Assembly: GCA_964584195.1 (NCBI GenBank)
Contig: CAZOZD010000001.1
Coordinates: 1 to 32,721, forward strand
Direction: 5' to 3'
Length of the DNA: 32,721 bases
Origin: an uncultured Burkholderiales bacterium
Lineage (GTDB): Bacteria; Pseudomonadota; Gammaproteobacteria; Burkholderiales; Thiobacillaceae
This document shows positions 7,911-14,671 of this stretch, piece by piece. The translations under genes and the position numbers were made by a program. Every line of letters starts with the position of its first letter. Positions within the stretch are counted from its first letter, which is position 1. The notes beneath the pieces were generated by a model. It saw only the letters and a list, made by a program, of their open reading frames with translations, had not been told where the DNA came from and ran no database searches.

Positions 7911-9696
7911 GGCTGGTCTCCAGGTGCGCGCCGGCGTCGTCGCGGCCGGTCATGCGCCGGGCTTCGGCGAGCGCGCCGTCGAGATCGAATGCGGGCCGGA
8001 AATGCAGGGCCTTGAGGCGACGCTCATAGGCGGGCCGGAAGCGCTTGAGGGTGTCCAGGACCGGGTTGCAGGCCGTGTGTCCGAGGCCGCAGTGCGCCGC
8101 CATCTGCAATGCGCGGTCGAGCTGGCCGAGCTCGACCAGGTCGCCCTGGGTGCCATTGCCTTTGGCGATCTTGTCCATGAGATGCATCTGCATCGAGGTG
8201 CCCACCCGGCAGGGGGTGCAGAATCCGCACGATTCGTGGGCAAAGAAGCGGACGAAGTTACGCGCCACCTCGAACATGTCGCGGCGGGCGTCGAAGATCA
8301 TGAACGCGCCGGCGGTGGCAAGGTCCTCGAAGGCGAGGCGCCGGTCGAACTCGCCGGCGTCGATGCAGGTCCCGGAGGGCCCGCCCACCTGCACCGCAAG
8401 GGTGTTTTCCGCGCCGCACTCGGCCAGCACCTCGCGCACCGGGATGCCAAAGGGCACCTCGTAGATGCCGGGGCGGGCGCAATCGCCGGACACGGAGAGC
8501 AGCTTGGTGCCGGTGGAACGCTCCGTGCCATCGGCGCGAAAATTTTCCGCGCCCTGTGCGGCGATGCGCGCCGCACAGGCGAATGTCTCGACGTTGTTGA
8601 CCACGGTCGGCCGTTGCATGTAGCCGTGCGTGACCGGGAAGGGTGGCCGGTTGCGCGGGATGCCGCGCTTGCCTTCGAGCGACTCGATCAGTGCCGACTC
8701 CTCGCCGCATACATAGGCACCGGCGCCGAGGTGGATGGCAATGTCGAAATCGAAGCCCGGCTCGCCGAGGATGTCGCGTCCGAGCAGGCCTTCGGCCCGG
8801 CGGCGGGCGAGTACCGCTTCGAGCGCATCGAGCATGTAGCGGTATTCGCCGCGCAGATAGAGGAAACCCTGGCGGGCGCCCACCAGCCGCGCCGCCACGG
8901 TCATGCCTTCGAACACCCGGTCGGCCTGGCGGGTGAGCAGGACACGATCCTTGAAAGTGCCCGGCTCGCCCTCGTCGGCATTGCAGACCACGTAGCGTTC
9001 CGGTCCGGGCGCGTCGCGGCAGGCCTGCCACTTGCGCGCGCTGGGAAAGCCCGCGCCGCCGCGACCGCGCAGGCCTGCATGCTCGATTTCGGCCAGGGTG
9101 GCCTCCGCGCCGCGCGCCAGGGTGGCGCGCAGGGGCTCGCCATTGGCGGGCGTATCGGCAAGCAGGGGGCCGGCGCGGCGGACGTTGTCCTGGATCTCGA
9201 ACAGCTTCGCCGGCCAGTCCACGACCGGCCGGCGTTCGAGGATCAGGCTGGCGATGGTGTCCAGGCGCGCCGCATCCAGGCGCGCAATGGCGCGACCGTT
9301 GACCAGAATGGCCGGGCCCTGGTCGCACAGGCCGGTGCAGGAGGTGTAGTCGGCCGAGACCAGGCCGTCTTCCGAACACTTGCCGCGCTCCAGCCAGAGC
9401 CGCTGGCAGAACGCATCAAACAGGCCCTGGTTGCCGAGCATGCGATCGGTGATGTTGTCCGAGAACAGCACCCGGTATTCGCCGGCCGGCGCATCGTGCA
9501 GGAAGCTGTAGAAGCCCACCACGCCCTCGACGCGGGCGCGCGGCAGGCCGAGATGCCCGGCGATGCGGGTCTGCACCGCGGGCGGGATCCAGCCCGTGGC
9601 CTCCTGCACCTCGCGCAGGATCTGCAACAGCTCGGTCGGCTGGCGCGCGTGCCGGGCCAGTATGGCGTCCAGCGCAGTGCCGGCTTGCGTGGGCAT
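7903..9696 (-). CDS. hoxF: NAD-reducing hydrogenase diaphorase subunit (fused NuoE-like plus NuoF-like, FMN/NAD binding)
   Basis: Contains GLRGRGGAGFPSARKW, CNADEGEPGTFKDR and ESCGFCTPCRVG motifs of NuoF/HoxF, with a thioredoxin-like NuoE part (CTGLCDQGP) at the N-terminus. Start set at the ATG at 9696, which has SD GGGAG 7 nt upstream. The track's extra 32 N-terminal codons lack an SD. Confidence 0.85.
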   Translation of the reverse strand: MPTQAGTALDAILARHARQPTELLQILREVQEATGWIPPAVQTRIAGHLGLPRARVEGVVGFYSFLHDAPAGEYRVLFSDNITDRMLGNQGLFDAFCQRLWLERGKCSEDGLVSADYTSCTGLCDQGPAILVNGRAIARLDAARLDTIASLILERRPVVDWPAKLFEIQDNVRRAGPLLADTPANGEPLRATLARGAEATLAEIEHAGLRGRGGAGFPSARKWQACRDAPGPERYVVCNADEGEPGTFKDRVLLTRQADRVFEGMTVAARLVGARQGFLYLRGEYRYMLDALEAVLARRRAEGLLGRDILGEPGFDFDIAIHLGAGAYVCGEESALIESLEGKRGIPRNRPPFPVTHGYMQRPTVVNNVETFACAARIAAQGAENFRADGTERSTGTKLLSVSGDCARPGIYEVPFGIPVREVLAECGAENTLAVQVGGPSGTCIDAGEFDRRLAFEDLATAGAFMIFDARRDMFEVARNFVRFFAHESCGFCTPCRVGTSMQMHLMDKIAKGNGTQGDLVELGQLDRALQMAAHCGLGHTACNPVLDTLKRFRPAYERRLKALHFRPAFDLDGALAEARRMTGRDDAGAHLETSHD

Positions 9697-9770
9697 GGAT
9701 CGACTCCCGGGGATCATGATCGGATTTCCAGTGTAGACCATCGACCGCAAGGGGGGAGAATCATGCCGCC

Positions 9771-9792
9771 ATGAATATTTGTACAAATTCAT
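9771..9792. promoter_or_regulatory. AT-rich palindromic candidate operator in the hoxF/sps divergent intergenic region
   Basis: ATGAATATTTGTACAAATTCAT. The core ATTTGTACAAAT (9777-9788) is a perfect 12-bp palindrome, and the outer TGAAT/ATTCA arms are also inverted. It is the only strongly AT-rich element in the 256-bp divergent region. Confidence 0.4.
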
Positions 9793-9952
9793 GTGCTACA
9801 CTGGGTACGCATGAGATTCATTCCCGCCACGGGCGCGCCTCATCCGTGCATGGCCCGGAAGCCGCGCACCCATCCTTTCCCATGTCCGGCCATGCATTGC
9901 CCACCCGGTTGCCACGCACGGTAAAGCGCGCCATGACCCCCTGTACATCCTG

Positions 9953-12085
9953 ATGCTCAGCGTGCACGGCCTGATTCGCGGCCACGATCTGGAACTGGGG
10001 CGCGACGCCGACACCGGCGGCCAGACCCTGTACGTGGTTGAGCTGGCGCGGGCGCTCGGCCGCCATCCGGACGTGGCGCAGGTCGACCTCATCACCCGGC
10101 GGATCGACGATCCCCAGGTTTCGCCCGACTATGCCCGGCCGGAGGAAGCCCTCGGGCCGAAGGCGCGGCTGGTGCGCCTGCCGTTTGGCCCGCGCCGCTA
10201 TCTGCGCAAGGAAACCCTGTGGCACCACCTCGACCCGATGGTCGACCGGATCGTCCACTACCTGCGCCAGAAAGGCCGGCTGCCGGACGCCATCCACAGC
10301 CACTACGCCGACGCCGGCTACGTCGGCACGCAACTGTCGCAACTGCTCGGCATCCCGCTCATCCACACCGGTCACTCACTCGGCCGCTGCAAGCGCCAGC
10401 GCCTGCTCGCGCATGGCCGCAAACCACAGGCCCTGGAGCGGCAGTTCAATTTCAGCCGCCGCATCGCCGCCGAGGAAACGGTCCTGGCCAATGCCAGCCT
10501 GGTGGTGACCAGCACACCGCAGGAAAGCAGCGAGCAATACGGCCTGTACGAGAGCTACCAGCCTTCGCGCGCGCTGGTGATCCCGCCCGGCACCGACACC
10601 TCGCGCTTCGCCCCGCCCGGCAAGGCGACGGTGGATACCGGCGTGGAACGCATGATCGACCGCTTCCTGGACGAGCCGCGCAAGCCCCTGATCCTCGCCA
10701 TCTGCCGGCCTGAGGTGCGCAAGAACCTGGGCCGGCTGATCGATGCCTACGGCAGCTCGCCCAGTCTGCGTGAACGCGCCAATCTGGCCATCGTCGCCGG
10801 CCAGCGCGACGACATCCGCGACCTCGACGAGGACCAGGCCCGGGTGCTCACCGAGCTCTTGCTGGCGGTCGACCGCCACGACCTCTGGGGCAAGGTGGCC
10901 CTGCCCAAGCGGCACCGCCCGGAGGACGTGCCCCAGCTCTACCGGCTGGCTGCACAGCGCCGCGGCGTGTTCGCCAACCCGGCGCTGACCGAACCGTTCG
11001 GCCTGACCCTCATCGAGGCGGCGGCCAGCGGCCTGCCCGTGGTCGCCACCGCCGACGGCGGACCGCGCGACATCATCGCCAATTGCGACAACGGTGTGCT
11101 GGTGGACCCGCTCGACACCGACGCCATTGCGGCCGCGCTGGAGGCGGTGCTTGCCGATCCACGCGCCTGGCAGCGCCGCGCCCGGCGGGGCATCTCCGGC
11201 GTGGTGCGCCATTACACCTGGGACGCGCACGTCGGCAAATATCTGAGGGCGGTAGAGCGCATGCTGCGCAGAACGCGCAAGCAGGTGCGCCGCGACCTGG
11301 CTGCCTACCTGCACCCGGACGGCGCCAACCCGCTGCCGTTCGCACGGCGGATGCTGGTGAGCGACATCGACAACACCCTGATCGGCGACCGCGAGGCACT
11401 CGCCCGCCTGATCGAGGTGCTGCGCGGCAGCGGCCGCGAGCTCGGCTTCGCCGTGGCCACCGGACGCTCGCTGGAAAGCACGCTGGCGGTACTGCGCCAG
11501 TGGCGGGTGCCACGCCCGGACGTGCTGATCACCTCGGTGGGCAGCGAGATCCACTATGGCCGTGGCCTGCGCCCGGACACCGGCTGGACCAACCACATCC
11601 GCCACCTCTGGCGACGCGACGCCCTGGCGACGGTACTCGCCGAAGTCCCCGGACTGACTCCGCAGAGACCGGAAAACCAGCGGGAATTCAAGCTCAGCTA
11701 CAACGTCGACGCGGACGCCATGCCCCCCTTGCGCGCACTGCACGCGCTGCTGCGCGGCCAGGGTCTGCACGCCAGGCTGATCTACTCGCATCAAGCCTAT
11801 CTGGACGTGCTGCCGGCGCGCGCCTCCAAGGGCCAGGCAGTGCGCTACCTGGCCTACAGGTGGGGCCTGCCGCTGCGCGCATTCCTGGTCGCCGGCGATT
11901 CCGGCAACGACGAGGAGATGCTGCGCGGCGACACCCTCGGCGTGGTGGTGGCCAACCATAGCCCCGAGCTGGCCGACCTGCGCGGCCTGGAACAGATCTA
12001 TTTCGCCAAGGCCGACCATGCCGCCGGCATCCTGGAAGGCATGGCGCATTACGGCTTCCTCGTCGAACAGGGCATCGCCGCATGA
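9953..12085 (+). CDS. sps: Sucrose-phosphate synthase (GT4) fused to a C-terminal sucrose-phosphate-phosphatase-like HAD domain
   Basis: LSVHGLIRGHDLELGRDADTGGQTLYVVELARAL, HYADAG and EPFGLTLIEAAASGLPVVAT motifs of SPS. The C-terminal half carries the HAD motif I LVSDIDNTLIGD and GDSGNDEEML. First ATG at 9953, but see the finding on the start site. Confidence 0.85.
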   Translation: MLSVHGLIRGHDLELGRDADTGGQTLYVVELARALGRHPDVAQVDLITRRIDDPQVSPDYARPEEALGPKARLVRLPFGPRRYLRKETLWHHLDPMVDRIVHYLRQKGRLPDAIHSHYADAGYVGTQLSQLLGIPLIHTGHSLGRCKRQRLLAHGRKPQALERQFNFSRRIAAEETVLANASLVVTSTPQESSEQYGLYESYQPSRALVIPPGTDTSRFAPPGKATVDTGVERMIDRFLDEPRKPLILAICRPEVRKNLGRLIDAYGSSPSLRERANLAIVAGQRDDIRDLDEDQARVLTELLLAVDRHDLWGKVALPKRHRPEDVPQLYRLAAQRRGVFANPALTEPFGLTLIEAAASGLPVVATADGGPRDIIANCDNGVLVDPLDTDAIAAALEAVLADPRAWQRRARRGISGVVRHYTWDAHVGKYLRAVERMLRRTRKQVRRDLAAYLHPDGANPLPFARRMLVSDIDNTLIGDREALARLIEVLRGSGRELGFAVATGRSLESTLAVLRQWRVPRPDVLITSVGSEIHYGRGLRPDTGWTNHIRHLWRRDALATVLAEVPGLTPQRPENQREFKLSYNVDADAMPPLRALHALLRGQGLHARLIYSHQAYLDVLPARASKGQAVRYLAYRWGLPLRAFLVAGDSGNDEEMLRGDTLGVVVANHSPELADLRGLEQIYFAKADHAAGILEGMAHYGFLVEQGIAA

Positions 12086-13722
12086 TCGAACCCCTCCGCG
12101 CCTGGGCCGAAGGCCATCGCGACGCCATGCAGTCCTTCCTGCGCCGCTGCTGCACCGACGGCCGGCCGCTGCTGCTCCACACCGACCTGCGCGACCACTA
12201 CCGGGCCAGCGCCGAGGCCGGCGACAACCCGCTGGCGGCGGTGGTCCGGTGCATGCAGGAAGCGGTGTTGCGGCCGCCCTGGGCCTGTTTCGCGGTGCGC
12301 GAGGACGCCGGCCGCTGGCACTACCTGCGCGCGCATCTCGACGAAGCCACCCCGGAACGCATCGGCATCGCCGATTACCTGCGCTTCAAGGAGCGCCTGG
12401 TCGCGCCCGAGGCGGAGACAGCCGATCTGCTGGAGGTGGATTTCGGCCCGTTCAACCGGGAATTCCCGCGCCTCAAGGAAATCCGTTCGATCGGACAGGG
12501 CGTGCTGTTCCTCAACCGGCACCTGTCCAGCGCGATGTTCCAGAAGCCGGCCGAGGGCCACGCCCGCCTGCTGGAATTCCTGCGCCTGCATGCCCTGGAA
12601 GGCCGGCAACTGATGCTGTACGAGCACCTGCGCGACGTTGCCGCGCTGCGCGAGGCCCTGCGCGAGGCACAGGCATTTCTGGACACCGTGGCGCCGGATA
12701 CACCCTGGGCGGTCCTGGCCGAACCGCTCGGCCGGCTCGGCTTCGCCCCCGGCTGGGGCGATGCCGCGACCCGGGTGGCCGATACCATGAGCCTGCTCAC
12801 CGACATCCTGGAGGCGCCCTCGCCCCAGGTTCTGGAAACCTTCCTCGCGCGCATCCCGATGATCTCGCGCCTCTTGATCCTGTCGCCGCACGGCTGGTTT
12901 GCCCAGGACGGCGTGCTCGGCCGACCGGACACCGGTGGCCAGGTGGTCTACATCCTCGATCAGGTACGCGCGCTCGAGCGCGAGATGCGCGATCGCCTGG
13001 CCGAACAGGGCGTCGTCGTCGAACCGCGCATCCTGGTGGTCACCCGGCTGATCCCGGATGCCGACGGCACCACCTGCGACCAGCCGCTGGAACCCATCCA
13101 CGGCTGCGAGCGCGCCGCCATCCTGCTGGTGATCGGCGGCCATGTCGATCCGGCCGCCTCCGGCGACGCTGAGGAACGCGACGAGATCCAGCGCATGCAT
13201 GCACTGATGGACCGGCACGGCCTGGACGGCGAAATGCGCTGGCTGGGCGCGCGCCTGGACAAGGCGCTGGCCGGCGAAATCTACCGGGTGGTGGCCGATC
13301 GCGGCGGCGTGTTCGCCCAGCCGGCGCTGTTCGAGGCCTTCGGCCTCACCCTGATCGAAGCCATGGCCTCCGGCCTGCCGGTATTCGCCACCCGCCACGG
13401 CGGCCCGCTGGAGATCATCCAGCACGGCGTATCCGGCTTCCACATCGACCCCAACGACGGCGCCGCCGCCGCCGATCTGATGGCGGATTTCCTGGAGCGC
13501 TGCGCCACCGATCCGGAGCACTGGCGGCGGCTGTCGCGTGGCGCCCTGGCGCGGGTGGACGCGCGCTATACCTGGCGCCGCTACGCCGAACGGATGATGA
13601 CCCTGTCGCGCATCTACGGCTTCTGGAAGTTCGTCAGCAACCTGGAACGCGAGGAAACCGCGCTCTACCTGCGCATGTTCCGGCACCTGCAATTCCGCCC
13701 GCTGGCGCGGGCCATTCCCTGA
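12082..13722 (+). CDS. Sucrose synthase homologue, apparently with a large internal in-frame deletion (546 aa against roughly 800 aa for characterised enzymes); possibly non-functional
   Basis: The N-terminal SuS regulatory region and the LILSPHGWFAQDGVLGRPDTGGQVVYILDQVRALE motif are present. So is the C-terminal block ALFEAFGLTLIEAMASGLPVFATRHGGPLEIIQHGVSGFHIDP...YTWRRYAERMMTLSRIYGFWKFVS. The segment normally between them is missing (junction about nt 13117-13135). The ATG overlaps the sps stop (ATGA). Confidence 0.8.
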   Translation: MIEPLRAWAEGHRDAMQSFLRRCCTDGRPLLLHTDLRDHYRASAEAGDNPLAAVVRCMQEAVLRPPWACFAVREDAGRWHYLRAHLDEATPERIGIADYLRFKERLVAPEAETADLLEVDFGPFNREFPRLKEIRSIGQGVLFLNRHLSSAMFQKPAEGHARLLEFLRLHALEGRQLMLYEHLRDVAALREALREAQAFLDTVAPDTPWAVLAEPLGRLGFAPGWGDAATRVADTMSLLTDILEAPSPQVLETFLARIPMISRLLILSPHGWFAQDGVLGRPDTGGQVVYILDQVRALEREMRDRLAEQGVVVEPRILVVTRLIPDADGTTCDQPLEPIHGCERAAILLVIGGHVDPAASGDAEERDEIQRMHALMDRHGLDGEMRWLGARLDKALAGEIYRVVADRGGVFAQPALFEAFGLTLIEAMASGLPVFATRHGGPLEIIQHGVSGFHIDPNDGAAAADLMADFLERCATDPEHWRRLSRGALARVDARYTWRRYAERMMTLSRIYGFWKFVSNLEREETALYLRMFRHLQFRPLARAIP

Positions 13723-13733
13723 AAGTGGACACC

Positions 13734-14651
13734 ATGGACAGCCTCGCCGTGCTGCTGCGCGATCTCGGTCCCTGGAGCGATCTGGTCCGCGTCCTGATCC
13801 GCGTCGGCGTCATTCTCGCCATCGCCTGGGTGATGCTGTCACTGCCGCGCCGACTGATTCCGCTGCTGCGCGCGCAGTTGCAGAAGCACACCGACGACCC
13901 CGAGCAGCACAAGCGCCTGGAAACCCTCGGCCGGGTGCTGCGCTACGCCGCCACCGTCGCCATCACGCTGATCACCGGCATGCTGGTGCTGTCCGAGCTG
14001 GGCATTTCCATCGCCCCGATCCTGGCATCCGCCGGCATCGTCGGCCTGGCCGTGGGCTTCGGCGCCCAGAGCCTGATCAAGGATTACTTCACCGGCCTGT
14101 TCCTGCTGCTGGAAAACCAGATCCATCAGGGCGACGTCGTCGAGGTCGCCGGCAAGGGCGGCCTGGTCGAGGAAGTGACCCTGCGCTACATCCGCCTGCG
14201 TGATTACGAGGGCAACGTCCATTACGTGCCCAACGGCGCCGTCACCACGGTCACCAATCGCTCGCGCGGCTTCGCCTTCGCGGTGATCGACGTCCGGATC
14301 GCCTACCGGGAGGATGTCGAGGAAGTGTTCGCGGTGATGCGCGAAGTGGCCGCCGGGATGCGCGCCGACCCGGTGCTCGGACCGTTGATCCAGGAGGATC
14401 TGGACATCGCCGGCGTCAACGACTGGATGGATTCGGCGGTGATGATCCGCGCCCGCTTCAAGGTCCATACCCTGCAACAGTGGACGGTGCGGCGCGCCTT
14501 CCTGCTGCGGCTGAAGCAGGCCTTCGACGCGCGCGGCATCGAAATCCCCTACCCTCACCTCACCCTTTACGCAGGCCAGGGCAAGGACGGCAAGGCAACT
14601 CCCCTGCCAGTGTTCAATCCGGGCGTTCAAGCCCGCCATGCCACTCCCTGA
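13734..14651 (+). CDS. Small-conductance mechanosensitive channel (MscS family)
   Basis: Three predicted TM helices, then the MscS signature region GIVGLAVGFGAQSLIKDYFTGLFLLLENQIHQGDVVEV and a beta-domain. ATG at 13734 (GTG at 13725 is an alternative). Confidence 0.85.
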   Translation: MDSLAVLLRDLGPWSDLVRVLIRVGVILAIAWVMLSLPRRLIPLLRAQLQKHTDDPEQHKRLETLGRVLRYAATVAITLITGMLVLSELGISIAPILASAGIVGLAVGFGAQSLIKDYFTGLFLLLENQIHQGDVVEVAGKGGLVEEVTLRYIRLRDYEGNVHYVPNGAVTTVTNRSRGFAFAVIDVRIAYREDVEEVFAVMREVAAGMRADPVLGPLIQEDLDIAGVNDWMDSAVMIRARFKVHTLQQWTVRRAFLLRLKQAFDARGIEIPYPHLTLYAGQGKDGKATPLPVFNPGVQARHATP

Positions 14652-14671
14652 GAGCAAACGGCGTCTCTCAG
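14648..14671. terminator. Shared hairpin between the convergent mscS-family gene and glnE
   Basis: CTGAGAG (14648-14654) pairs with CTCTCAG (14665-14671). The stem covers both stop codons (TGA 14649-14651 and TCA 14668-14670 on +). No U-run. Confidence 0.35.

Noticed and set aside
7885-9774. 629-aa ORF on the + strand, exactly mirroring hoxF
   Set aside because: It is antisense to a gene with unmistakable NuoE/NuoF motifs. Its product is Ala/Gly/Arg-rich with no motifs, which is typical of stop-codon-poor antisense frames in GC-rich DNA. The same reasoning rejects 5166-6074(+), 10376-12049(-), 12049-13692(-), 13839-15128(-), 14638-15609(+), 16375-17412(+), 17380-19509(-), 20469-21278(+), 20983-22425(+), 22753-24126(+), 24907-26331(-), 26187-27581(-), 26740-28185(-) and 28792-31533(-).
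9830-9839. CGGGCGCGCC identical to the last 10 nt of tRNA-Arg(CCG) before the terminal A; a possible attR for a hox island
   Set aside because: Only 10 contiguous matches (13 with a 2-nt gap). The motif is a GC-rich near-palindrome expected to recur by chance in this genome. It is mentioned in the island finding but not called as a feature.
9771-9953. 60-aa ORF upstream of sps as a genuine protein-coding gene
   Set aside because: No SD at a suitable distance, and the product is His/Pro/Ser/Thr/Ala-rich without recognisable features. It is retained only as a possible leader or coupling ORF in the sps start-site finding.
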